A DNA stretch of 64,000 nucleotides from Mayamaea pseudoterrestris (Eukaryota). Position 1 is the stretch's first letter. Each line of letters begins with the position of its first letter. Where the stretch lies: assembly GCA_027923505.1 (NCBI GenBank), contig BROI01000024.1, positions 124,001 through 188,000 of the forward strand, written 5' to 3'. Under the pieces are notes generated by a model. The model saw only the letters and a list, made by a program, of their open reading frames with translations, had not been told where the DNA came from and searched no databases. Of the stretch, positions 12,160 to 23,364 are shown in pieces. Position numbers and translations under genes: made by a program.

Positions 12160-13803
12160 ATGTCCAAGACCACCGAAGCGTTGGAGAGGGAGCTCAAGGA
12201 GCTAGCGAAGCTTGTAGCGCAGCTACAGAAGGAGAAGGAGACGGCGTCGAGCGAAACCAAAACCAAGGCGACCAAGGCGATTGAGGACGTCAAACCAAAG
12301 GCGCTCCCTTCAAGCCTCGCCGGTTTCATTGATGTTAGCGAGGATGACGTCGTTAGCGATGCAACGGCGAAGATGAAGCGTTTCTATCAGGGCGTCGAAA
12401 ACTTGAAGCGCCTCGACCCAGCTGACTCCATCAAACACCAGGAGAAGGCGAAGAAAGCTATCATTAACATCCGTCTCTCGAAGCCAGCCATCGAGCAGAT
12501 CCATAACTTGACGGATTTGCAGCATATCCAAAAGTTCGAGACGATTAAGATGACCATTGCGGGTGTTATTGAGGATTACGGATTCGCGCCGCCATTCATC
12601 ATCGTCTTCTTGAAGGACGACGGCAAGCGCGACACCACTAAGGAACCGTTCTATCTCCTTTCTGGCAAGTCCTTCCATAACATCACGTTGAAGCAAGTCC
12701 TCGACTCGACTAAGTGGTATCTCAAGCACAGCCATGACTCGGCTGTCGCTTGTCGTGTCTCCCATGAGATGCTTATCAACATCTGCTCCCCCGAGCTCGC
12801 GTCACTGCTCTTTGAAAAGCTCAAGTTCCATGCGGCAAAGGAGCTATCTGAGTTATCCCTAGACCAAGTCGGTCCCGTTACCTACTGGTACTTGCACCGT
12901 CTGCTCACCGAGTGTGGCCCGAACGCCCAAATCACGGTGAATGCTAAGCTAATGGCTCTTGGATTGACGGATTTTGAAGGCGAAAGCGTCGACTCATTGA
13001 CCAATGCATTCGATGCTGGTGTGTCCTACATTGAAGGCAGCGGCAGTCAAGTTCCGAACAAGGCGACATTGTATTACAATGCTTTGCTTAAGTCATCGGT
13101 GCAGCCGTTTGTTGATGCAATGAAAATCCAGAACGAGATCCATAGCAGCAATAAGCAGAAGGAGGACGGCGCCTCAACGGCAATGACTTACCAGGAGCTC
13201 AAGCAGTTGGCCCGCAGCAAGGCGCAAGAGTTGGCGAAGGACTGGAATCTTACTAGTCGCACTGGAGCTGCATTCCAAGCCAGTACACCTGGAGAGACGC
13301 AGTTTCGCCTCGGCAATAACCAAGGCCGAGGAGGCGGCAATGGAAACCGGAGCAATGCTAATAACCATCCGGCACCGGCAGAAGGCGGATCCGAGCGGCA
13401 GACCTTTGCCGGAACAGAGAAGCTTTACTGTCGACGATGCCGACGCTGGTTGCCTGTGTCCAGTAACAAGGCACATGTAACGGCCGATCACCGCAGCAAT
13501 CCAAACAACGGTGGCGGCAATAGCAGCAACAATGGCGATGGCTCTGGTGGATCCAGTCGCGGCCGCTCCCAGTCGCGCGAGCGGAATAACAGCGGCAATG
13601 GCAATGGTGGCGGGGGCGGTAACAACAACGGAAACAGTAACGGCGGCAGAGGCAATGGAGGCAGAAGGCGCCGCAACAGGAACAATGGTGGGCGCGGTGG
13701 CCAGGGCGGCAATACTCAAAGCGCCCAGCAACCGACCCAGTCGACAACCACGTCGAGCGGTTACCTCTCTAGCTTCTCCATGAATCTGTTCCCCGAAATG
13801 TGA
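12160..13803 (+). CDS. Gag of copia element 1
   Basis: First long ORF after the PBS (MSKTTEALE...). It has an N-terminal coiled coil, an LTDFEGESV motif, a CCHH-type knuckle CRRCRRW...HVTADH and a G/N/R-rich tail. Confidence 0.85.
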   Translation: MSKTTEALERELKELAKLVAQLQKEKETASSETKTKATKAIEDVKPKALPSSLAGFIDVSEDDVVSDATAKMKRFYQGVENLKRLDPADSIKHQEKAKKAIINIRLSKPAIEQIHNLTDLQHIQKFETIKMTIAGVIEDYGFAPPFIIVFLKDDGKRDTTKEPFYLLSGKSFHNITLKQVLDSTKWYLKHSHDSAVACRVSHEMLINICSPELASLLFEKLKFHAAKELSELSLDQVGPVTYWYLHRLLTECGPNAQITVNAKLMALGLTDFEGESVDSLTNAFDAGVSYIEGSGSQVPNKATLYYNALLKSSVQPFVDAMKIQNEIHSSNKQKEDGASTAMTYQELKQLARSKAQELAKDWNLTSRTGAAFQASTPGETQFRLGNNQGRGGGNGNRSNANNHPAPAEGGSERQTFAGTEKLYCRRCRRWLPVSSNKAHVTADHRSNPNNGGGNSSNNGDGSGGSSRGRSQSRERNNSGNGNGGGGGNNNGNSNGGRGNGGRRRRNRNNGGRGGQGGNTQSAQQPTQSTTTSSGYLSSFSMNLFPEM

Positions 13804-13821
13804 AGGTGTTGGACGCTACTC

Positions 13822-14550
13822 ATGTTCTTTATTATGGTATTGAATCTGAGTGCGTCGGGTTTAAGATTTGCAAGTCTCACAAGTGTTCCAGCTCCTTACC
13901 AGGCAGCAGGCCAAGCTTTCGAGGCAGTTCTTCTTGGAGCCGGTCGATTTATCCTAGCTTTGGCAGCTCTTCTGAGCCAGTCCCCATGGTTGCAGTGTTT
14001 CTATCAAGTTGTTGCAAGTTTCAACCGCAATGGCTTGCTCCTGCTCCAGTGGATTGCCCATTGGACGAGTTGGATGGCGTTTTACTTCATACGTCTCCTC
14101 GATTCAGCGCAAGTGGAAACCGCGTTCCTCGGTGTCCTTTCCAAGCTCCAAGAACCTTGTTACTATGTTCTCCAAGCACTGTGGTTCGTTCTCAAAATGA
14201 ACCCGGTGTCCCAAGTCTTAGGCAAGCTCCTCGAGTGGTTAGCTAAACCGTTCAGGATGCGAGCCGAAGTGTCCCAGTGGACATCTCCACGCGTCTTTCC
14301 AAAGCGCTGGATGGTCCTCGATGCCGTCATGCTCTCTAATCATGCGGCCATGGAAGTGTCACAAGGATTGGTGCGCTACACACGATTCGTGCACCTATTC
14401 TGTCGATATCAAGTCCGTCTACAAGTCATGGTCCCTCTTCGAGTCCTTCTAAGGCGTATACGCCGCAGGGAATGGAAGAAGGCGCAAGTTGCTATTCGAG
14501 AAGCTAGCCAAGCAGATGCACGCTCTCGAGTTGCAAACCAAGGATTTTGA
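13822..14550 (+). CDS. Extra hydrophobic ORF between gag and pol (possible membrane-associated protein or N-terminal part of Pol)
   Basis: 242 codons in the same frame as gag, starting 18 nt after the gag TGA. Several hydrophobic stretches are followed by RRIRRREWKK. It overlaps the pol frame (+1). Confidence 0.55.
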   Translation: MFFIMVLNLSASGLRFASLTSVPAPYQAAGQAFEAVLLGAGRFILALAALLSQSPWLQCFYQVVASFNRNGLLLLQWIAHWTSWMAFYFIRLLDSAQVETAFLGVLSKLQEPCYYVLQALWFVLKMNPVSQVLGKLLEWLAKPFRMRAEVSQWTSPRVFPKRWMVLDAVMLSNHAAMEVSQGLVRYTRFVHLFCRYQVRLQVMVPLRVLLRRIRRREWKKAQVAIREASQADARSRVANQGF

Positions 14551-17500
14551 CGGCTACACATGCTTTGATTGCCACCAAGATTTACCAAGTCTTTTGGAAG
14601 CGCAAGCGCAATGGTTAGCAATGCTCCAAGTCAGTGCCAAGCAGTGTAAAGTCGAGCGGCAACTGAAGCAAGATGAGGAAGATGCACTAGACCCTCTCCA
14701 AGTCTGTTTCTTTGTGCCTGCCGAGCAAGAGTCTCTACCCCAGGAAGCTTTCTTTGATGCTGTTGGCGATATAACAGACATTGAAGACGTCTTCTTCGAG
14801 GTTGAGCAAATTCCCAGTCCTGTACCCAGTGATGATCCGTCCCCGCTCGCGTCCCTGACCGAGTCCAAGACCAAGATCAAGACCAAGGCCCTGCTCGTGT
14901 CCCTGACCGAGTGCAAGACCAAGTCCCAGTCCAAGTCCTGTTCCCAATGCCAGGCTCTTATGCCGGCGCCAAGCAAGCTTCTCGAGGAGGTTCTCCAAGG
15001 CCATGAAGGCGCATCAACGATAGCTCAAGCTCTTCTCTCCACGGTTGATGAGTCCTTTAACTTGTCGCCGCCCTATCCAGGGAGCCTGTCGCCGCCTCTT
15101 CAATTGCGGTCATCAAGCTTGGGCAAGGAAGACTATAGCAATGCATTCAATGCTCACGTCTTTGACCCAGACTTTGTCATGGCGTTGCATTCGAGGCCAA
15201 GTGTTCAGGGCGGTCAGGAGGAGCTAATCTCCGTCGTCCTAGATACTGGTTGCTCCGTTGCTCTGACGTTTTGTGAGGATGATTTTGTTGAGTTGTCAAG
15301 GACCAAAGGCTTTATCAATACCGCTAATGGCAAGTCTGCTATCACGGGGCACGGCAAAGTGCGTTGGATGTTTATCACGGAGCAAGGCGAGAATGTGGAG
15401 GTCATTGTACCAGCGCATTTGTGTCCTGCCTCCAACCAACGCCTGCTGTCGCCTCAAGGCTATGCTCTATACCACGGTTTAAGCCAAGATGAGATCCAAT
15501 ATGGCGGTTCACATTCATTCTTCTTCATGAACCTGAAGGACCAAGATGGCAAGTTTCACAAGTTCCGTTGTCCCATTCATCCGCGCTCGAACCTTCCACT
15601 AGCGGTTGCCCGCTCAAGCGAGTCCTGCACGTGTGCCGAAGCCAATTGCACAAGTTGCTTCAGCCATGGCTACATTACTGTGGCTGAGGAGACAAACCAG
15701 AATCTAACTGGCAGTCAACGTGAGCTCCTACTGTGGCATCAGCGTCTCGCGCACCGAGCAATGAACTATGTTCAAGACTTGTTTATTCCGAAGGTCGAGC
15801 CCAGCTCCTTGCCTCCTGCTGAGCCACCGCCGGGTCCGTGTATCAAACCGACTCACAGCGGTGCTCGCACATGTCCTGCTCCTAAGTGTGCTGCCTGCCT
15901 ACTAGCCAAGCAGCGGCGCAGCAAGACGAGAGCTCAAGGAGTGCGCAATCTTGTTGATGGCGCTCTGATGGTGGATGATTTGCAGCCAGGTGACCGCGTC
16001 TCTGTTGATCAATACGAGTCGTCAGTCCTCGGTAGACGCCCGACGTCTCGAGGGCGGGAATCCACAGGAATGAAATTTTGCGGCGGTACCATTTACGTGG
16101 ACCATTGTTCCAGAGCTATCTTCTGTATCCACCAAGTCAGTTTGCGAGCGAGCGATACCATCAAGGGCAAGCGGCTAGTTGAAAAATACTTTGACGAAGC
16201 CCTGCCTGGACTAAAGATCAAAGCCTTCCATGGCGACAATGGCATTTTCAACTCAGCCGAGTTTGAGGCCGACTTGTTGCGCCAAGGGCAGACGATTAAG
16301 TTCAGCGGTGTCGGTGCACATCATCAAAACGGTGTTGCAGAACGTTCCATTCAGATTGTGGTAGAGATGGCGAGAACGATGATGCAGCATGCTTCAATGC
16401 ACTGGCCGTCGGAATTCGAGGAAAGTTTGTGGCCCTTCGCCATGGACTATGCCTGCTGGTTGTGGAACAACATGCCGTCCCGAGGAGGTTTAACACCTTT
16501 GGAAGTGATGTCCGGTGTCTCCGGTGGAGGTGCAAACCTTAGCCGTGCAAGAGTTTGGGGTTGTCCAACCTTCGTGTTAGATCCAAAGCTACAAGACAAA
16601 AAGAAGATCCCGAAATGGCGCCCACGCTCCAGGCGAGGCCAGTTTCTGGGCATGTCTACAGCTCATTCATCAACCGTTGGTCTCATCCGGAATCTGGTTA
16701 CTCAGCACGTGTCGCCACAATTCCATGTGGTGTATGATGAGCTGTTCCAGACGGTGGCAAACCCTGGCTTTGACGACGCAGACCCACTATGGATCCGCCT
16801 GTTTCGGTCAAACCGAGAGCTTTACCTCGACATGGAGGAGCTCGAGGCAGACTTGTATCCAGCGCAGTTAAGAGAGGACTACTGGACTGAGGAAGAAGCT
16901 GAGTTTCACCGCAGAGACAAGAGCACAAGTGCAGAAGCTACCGACGAGTTGTATACCGACGTTGACGTTGTGCCGAGCCAAGAGCCAGCCCCAGAGGGCG
17001 GCCAGCCAACTGAAGCACCAACTGATGCGCCAGCTCACGGTTTAGCTAATGTACAAGCTCCTATTGCCGTTGACTCCGTCCCTGACGAGGAAGTTGACGA
17101 AGAACCCGAGCAAGAGGACGAGTCTGCAGAGGCTCCTTCCTTGCAACCAAGTGCCGATCCACAGTCTGACGAAGAGACTGTCCTAGCCAACAACCAGTCA
17201 CAGCACCGCCGTTCCAAGAGGAAGACCAAAGGTCAGCGCAAACAATTGCGGTTTGACGAAGAGTTCCATCTTGCAGAGCGCGCCGTCTTGACGGAAGAAG
17301 GTTGGGTGATCCGAGCCAAGAACTCCAAAAGGGTTGGTGCGATTGTGTATCCCATAGAGAAGGACGATATTACAGGCCAACGCATGGATTGGACTGCCAC
17401 AGCAAGTTCTAGTTCATTAGCGGCGCTCTTCACTGAATATGAGCGACTGTACACCGATCCTTACTCAATGGAGATTGACGATTCACATCCGTTCTCGTAT

Positions 17501-19147
17501 GCCGCCAAGGTCGCCGACGCAGATTCTCCTACTTACCGGGACATTTGCCGAGCAGACGAGGAAAGCCAAGCCAAGTGGATGACTGCTATGCAGGGCGAAA
17601 TGGACGCGCTCTTTAGCAAAGGAACGTTTGAGTGGATTCACAAATCAAAAGTTCCCAAGGGCAAGCAAGTCATTCCAACAACCTGGGTCTTCAAAGTGAA
17701 GCGAGCCGTCGACATGAGTATTCGCAAGTTCAAAGCGAGATTCTGTGTCAGAGGCGACCGCCAAGATCTTAAAGATGAAGATGGCGCTGAGCCAAGCGTT
17801 TACGCTCCCGTTGTCCAATGGTCCACCATAAGACTGATGTTTAACCTGATGATTGCTCACAAGCTCAAGTCGACCCAGATTGATTTCCGCAATGCTTTCG
17901 TTCAGTCTGATTTGCCAGAGCCGATTTACATCCAAGCTCCAGCAGGTTTGAATGACCCTAGCAAGAAGGATCACGTTCTTAAGGTCTTGAAGAGTTTGTA
18001 TGGCGACAGGCGCGCACCCCAGTTATGGTTCAAGCATTTGTGCAAAGGATTGGAGATGCAAGGATTCAAGCCGTCTCAGCACGATCCGTGTCTCTTTATC
18101 CGCCACGATTGCGTCTTCTTTGTTCATGTTGATGACGGTTGCTTTGTCTCCAAGTCGCAGACATTGATTGACAAGTGCATCAACAACTGATTAAGGATGG
18201 CTATGATTTGGATCCTGAGCGCAGCAAATTAGCTGGTTTTCTTGGCATCAAGATTGAAGAGGAGAAGGACAGCAAAGGCAAAAGCAATGGTAAACCTCGT
18301 CCTTACTCAAAACTCACTCATTGAGCACATCCTCAAAGTGCTCAAGCTATCTGATTTGAAATAAACCAAGCTCATCCCTGCAGCCAAAGCCTTAAAGGCA
18401 TGCAAGGAACGTCCAGCCCATGAATAACATTGGAATTACAGGTCCATCGAAGGTGTGATGCTCTATCTAGTGCAGAATACAAGACCAGACATTGCAATGG
18501 CGGTTCACCAAGCGGCACGATTTGCTAACGATCCACGCGACGTGCATTCCAAGGCTCTCTTCTACATTGGTCAGTACCTACTAGCTACACGAACCAAGGG
18601 AATGATCCTGCGCCCGAACCGTAATTCAATGCATTTGGACATGTATTGTGACGCCGACTTTTCCGGTCTATTCAAAGTGGAAGACCGTGACGACCCAAGA
18701 AGCGCCCGCTCTCGAACTGGTTACATTATCACGTTAGGAGGAGCGCCAGTGCTCTGGGCAAGCAAGCTCCAGACGGAGATTGCGACTTCTACCTGCGAGG
18801 CCGAGTACATTGCGTTATCTACAGGAATGCGATCACTGCTACCAGCCCGCTGGATTTTACAAGAAGTTACTAGCATGTTGCAGTTGCCGTCAAAGCAGCG
18901 CTCTGTCATTTCAACCGTTTGGGAAGACAATGATGCAGCTTTGATTCTGGCCACAACAGACCCACCCAAGATCTCGTCACGAACCAAGCATTTCAATGTG
19001 AAATATCACTGGTTTAGGAGTCACCTTAAGAAGGGACAGATTGAGTGCAAGCGAGTCGATACCAAGGAGCAGTGGGCAGACATTATGACGAAGCCACTGG
19101 ACCGTATCCGACTGGAAGCAATCCGTAAGAAGATCATGGGATGGTAA
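14489..19147 (+). pseudogene. Pol of copia element 1 (protease, integrase, RT, RNase H), disrupted in RT
   Basis: Protease VLDTGCS; WHQRLAH...CAAC zinc finger; integrase VSVDQY/HGDNG/NGVAER; RT FKARFCVRGD, KSLYG, HVDD; RNase H YCDADF, TCEAEYIAL, WEDN, ADIMTKPL. Frameshifts near 18186 and 18295, TAA stops at 18362 and 18425. Confidence 0.92.
14846..14940 (+). repeat. Short imperfect tandem duplication (~48 bp) in the pre-protease region
   Basis: CTCGCGTCCCTGACCGAGTCCAAGACCAAG and CTCGTGTCCCTGACCGAGTGCAAGACCAAG. Confidence 0.75.
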
Positions 19148-19164
19148 GACCCTGTTGCTCACTT

Positions 19165-19173
19165 GAGGAGGAG
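19165..19173 (+). promoter_or_regulatory. Polypurine tract of copia element 1
   Basis: GAGGAGGAG immediately precedes the 3' LTR. Confidence 0.85.
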
Positions 19174-19407
19174 TAAAAGAAACCTGCTAGCTGAAGTGCA
19201 AGTTAGGTGTCAATCAAGCTCGCCAGGGAGTAGACGCTGGAGAGTCCTTTAGTTGTAGCAATAAGCTCACAATTTTAGATTTGAGTTGCTTTCAAACAAG
19301 TTGTCGTCGAGCGTAAGTGCGGGACTTTGATTCCAAGAGTCATAGGCTGCCGCCAGGGGACTAAACTAAAGTCCTCGGGTAGCTCGTCACCAGATAGACT
19401 TCTTTGA
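19174..19407 (+). repeat. 3' LTR of copia element 1
   Basis: Same sequence as 11420-11653, followed by TSD CTCAT. Confidence 0.95.
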
Positions 19408-19515
19408 CTCATTATACTTCCATCTTGTTTATACGGAGTAGACTATTGAAATTGTGGCGGTTGAGGGCGAACAACTGATTATTGTATATATCTAACAAAC
19501 TACTACTAGCACGTT

Positions 19516-20866
19516 ATGATGCACGGATGGTTTGCCGGTGGAGCCGGAGGTCTTCCGCACCCGCAGCGCTTCTTTCAGGAGGATTATCACTGCTACAGTG
19601 TTGCCTACGCGGACAAGCCTCACTTGGAGGTATGTAACAGTGATTATTTTGAGAGAATACAGATTAAACCGAATATTGGGGGATGAGTCGTTTATATGCC
19701 AGTGGGAGAATGCAAGAGATGACGAATTGACAATGAGCTGTCAGTGCATTTATTGTTTCCTCTTGCACTTCTCTCTCGGTCTCATTTATCTTACGGACTT
19801 CCCCTAAATCATTTGTTTCTGTTATATCCAGAGAGGAGACAAAATTTTGCTTCCTCCATCGGCCTTTGATACATTGGCGCGTCTTCAAGTCGACTACCCT
19901 ATGCTCTTTCAGCTGCGAGCTGGTGATCGAACAACTCACTGCGGCGTTTTGGAATTTACAGCCGAGGAAGGCTGCGTCTACATTCCATTTTGGATGATGC
20001 AAAATCTGTTGATTGAGGAAGGCGCTGTTGTCTCTGTCAAGAATGTTTCACTACCAAAGGCTACCTTGATCAAGCTGCAGCCGCAGTCGGTTGACTTTCT
20101 TGAAATATCCAATCCGCGCGCCGTACTCGAGCATGCGTTACGCAACTACTCGTGCGTCACGTTGCACGATATTATTCAGATTCCGTACAATGGCAAGAAT
20201 TATCACCTGGAGCTTAAGGATGTCCAGCCGGCACCAGCGGCCTGCATTATAGAAACAGACTGCAATGTTGACTTTGATGCGCCAGTTGGTTACAAGGAAC
20301 CGCAAAATAATTCAGCTACAGCTAAACCCGGTAATACTGCAATGAGTGATGCATCTGCGATGACTGAGTCGAATGGCATTGTCAATGGCGGCAACACGGC
20401 CGCGGCCGAAGCAACTACACCGCCCAAGCCAGCCGGCGTGCGGATCGTCAATGGCGTTGTTGTCCGACCCGAGACATCTGCAACTTCTTCGTCTGTCCCC
20501 ATGGACTTGGTCGCGGAGCGCACTGGCGGAACTGGCATTCAACCCAATGCCATGGTCACGCAGCAGCAAGCGGCGGCTGCTCCAGCGGTCGAGTATTGGG
20601 CCGTGGCGGCTGGTTCAGGGAGTCGGTTGGATGGCAAGGCTGCAACTCCACTTAAAGGAAGCAACGGGGAAGTAGTCGACGTGGACAAGGTTCGAGCAGC
20701 TGCCGCTGAAGCGGCACAGAAGCGAGCAGAGGCGCAATTAACTGGAATTTTTGGCAATGGCGATGCTCCTGTGGTTTCCAAACGCAAGAGCAAGGTTGGC
20801 AGCAAGTTCAGTCGATTGAAGCAAACGAGCGCTTTTCAAGGAGACGCACAAGCTTTTGGAAAGTAG
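19516..20866 (+). CDS. UFD1: Ubiquitin fusion degradation protein 1, copy A; exons 19516-19629 and 19832-20866
   Basis: The spliced product reads ...YHCYSVAYADKPHLE|RGDKILLPPSAFDTL...YPMLF...THCGVLEFTAEEG...PFWMM...LPKATLIKLQP. GT-AG intron 19630-19831. Confidence 0.93.
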
Positions 20867-21502
20867 CATCGGTCGAAAAGTGAAAAGATTGCGAATGAGA
20901 GTTTGCGCTCGGTGAAGGTTGATGACTTTTGACCGAACGTAACATACATACTAAATAGAATTGCTTTCTTTAGCTTACCCACACATTATAACTACTCTAA
21001 CCGGTAGAAGCGCCACTTGAATGCATTAGTAAGTCTGCAACCAGTCCATATACCTACCGGTAGTATCGGTATCATAGCTGGCCAAAGGACAGATTCTCCG
21101 ACAAACATTGATCTGAAATGAATTCTACCGAGTTTGAAAACGACATGAGAGTATCCGCTTTGTGCTGACGCGATGACCGAACTGACGTCAGCCTTGCTGA
21201 CACCTTTTGATAAAATTCGACACAACATTTCTGACTTGTGACCAGTGAATGAACCGATCGGCGTCGGCAAAAGCCAATCATGAGCCAGATCATTCGTACG
21301 TACTTGAACAATGCCTCGTAAGAAGTGAAGTCAGTTGACCTTGCATTTTTTGACACCGCGGGATCACACGATAAGAGTCTCGCCACATGCTGACATCATG
21401 ACATCAGGCATCTCAATCTGGCCGCTCACATTGGAAAGGATTCTGCGACGCACGCACAATTTTTGCGTCCTCGAGCCATCACCCATCAAGCGATCGAACA
21501 TC

Positions 21503-22279
21503 ATGGCAACTACTGCGACTTTCTCCCATGAACAAGCAAGCGCTGCTGCTTTGGATCAATTCAAGTTTCCCCGCACGGGAAAGCGAGGCGTTCCGCAGCA
21601 ATTCCCAAGAAACTTGTATGACATGCTTGACATTGAGAGTAGACTCATGCAAGAGGACGCCAATCACCCCAAGATTATCGGATGGTCCGAAACTGGACGT
21701 GCCTTTCGCATCTTTGACGTCTCGGCCTTCTCTCTTGCTGTACTCCCTCGCTACTTTCGCACCAAGAAGTTCAGCTCATTTCAGCGCAACCTAAATTTGG
21801 TAAGTCAGCTTTCTTGCCCTGACATGCTCGCTGAATGACGACATGATATCACTAACATCTTTTCTCACTCACCTCTTTTCTCCTTTATCAACTCACAGTA
21901 TGGCTTCACCAAGGTTCGCCGAGGTCCGGACCTTGACATGTACGCCCATCCCTCCTTTGTCAGGGACTCGCCAGACTCGCTCGTACACCTCCGGAAGCTT
22001 GGTGGCGCCCGAAAGAATTCACAGCTGACAATACTTCGCCCCGTTTCTCCGACCACATCGGCGGGAAGCTCCGTCGGATCAGGCTCTCTTGGCCATCCAA
22101 GCCCGCCGGCGAGCCCGGTTGTTCAACATTTTAATGCGAAATCATCGTGTTACTCTCGACCAACCCTGCCGGCCATGGCAGCGATTCCTCGCAAGGTCAG
22201 TGGCGCTGACGACCAGCGCGGATGCTTGGATCTTTTGGCTCTTGCCATGGAGTATGCCGATGAACACGCTGTTGTTTAA
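21503..22279 (+). CDS. Heat-shock-factor-type DNA-binding protein, copy A; exons 21503-21799 and 21899-22279
   Basis: FPRNLYDML...IIGWSETGRAF...LPRYFRTKKFSSFQRNLNL|YGFTKV...YAHPSFVR. Intron GTAAGT...CACAG. Confidence 0.92.
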
Positions 22280-22495
22280 AACACATTTCTCGACTTTCAA
22301 GTCGTCTCGAGCCTCAAACGCCTCGAACCCCGCTAGCTACGCTTTTTTCCATCTGAACACAAAACATGTACAATAAACGTATGAAATCACACTGTTCAAA
22401 CGCTACCATACAAATAGTACATTCAGCAACATAATATTATGACACTACTTTACTTGTCAAGCTCGTAGTTTTCCTAGCGACTCTTGTAGCAATCA

Positions 22496-23364
22496 TCACT
22501 GCTCACCCCTAATGAGCTTCGTCCAACGAGCTTCCTCCATTTCCCATACAAAACTTGACGGATCATTGAACGAGCCTTCGTCAGGCTCTAGCGACTTGAG
22601 AAAGCCATGTGCTGCCACCCAGACTTCGGATTGTTCATAAGCAATTTGCTTGCGAAATCCCAGGAGCGCATTGCACACAACTGCAACGTCGTTGGCGTTT
22701 CCTGCTGCACCAAGTACTTTGCGCACCCATTCGTTCAAATCCTTGATGGAACAAGTCCCAAGGTCTAGCTGCGCCAAGTATATAGCCGCAACGCAAATCA
22801 AGTGTGGAGGTATTCGCGTCGCCAAGTCCAAGTAGTGCGTGTCGTTGCAGTAGTCCCAGGCGCGTTGCGCTGCGTCCTTGGCGTCGCTATCCAATGCTGA
22901 AGCGTCCACACCTACTTGTCGTTCGTTGGAATGCATCAGCAGCAGCATGGGACCAAGATATTTCTGCGGCATTTGGTTGGGTATCCAGTGCAGCAAAAAG
23001 CCCAGTGCGCAAAGGACTTTGTGTTCCGCCTCGACGAGTGCCTTGCTCCATTCCTGATAGACGGGACCAGCTGGAGACATGCCTGATGGTAACAGAAAGG
23101 CTTTTATAGACTCTTGTGTGTAGTTTTGGCCTGGTTGTCGCAGTGATGCAGCGAGACAAGTATAAGTGCTCTTACTCGCATCACCGCATTTATCGGCAGC
23201 AGCTACCGCCCGCATGATTCGCCTGCGATACAAGTGCGCATAGACAGTAATGACTTTGCGTACATCTGCCGTATTTGCAACCTTAAGTAACTTGGCGGCA
23301 AGTAGCGTGCAGGCCATGGCAATGGACCAAACGTTGGACTCGTGCAGGGAAACATTGTGATAGT
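22496..23364 (-). pseudogene. 5'-truncated cyclin-L-like gene, copy A, fused in frame to a copia LTR
   Basis: Matches the C-terminal part of 33848-35062 from YHNVSLHESNVW onward; homology stops exactly at the LTR end TGTTG (23365). Confidence 0.85.

Larger units (their letters stand above)
11420..19407 (+). mobile_element. Full-length Ty1/copia LTR retrotransposon (diatom CoDi-like), recent insertion, defective RT
   Basis: Two 234-bp LTRs, TSD CTCAT at 11415-11419 and 19408-19412, PBS and PPT, and gag-PR-IN-RT-RH domain order. The empty site GCTCATTATAC is present in copy B near 30719. Confidence 0.96.
9064..23364. repeat. Tandem segmental duplication, copy A (RTEL1 3' end, PELO, copia insertion, UFD1, HSF, 3' part of cyclin)
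   Basis: Collinear with 28365-34722 once the 11420-19412 insertion is removed. Homology starts at CCGGAGAC and ends at TGTGATAGT/TGTGGTAGT. Confidence 0.95.

Noticed and set aside
18125..18136. HVDD instead of YVDD in copia-1 RT as a sign of inactivation
   Set aside because: Copia 2 also has WHVDD, so His here may be a natural variant.
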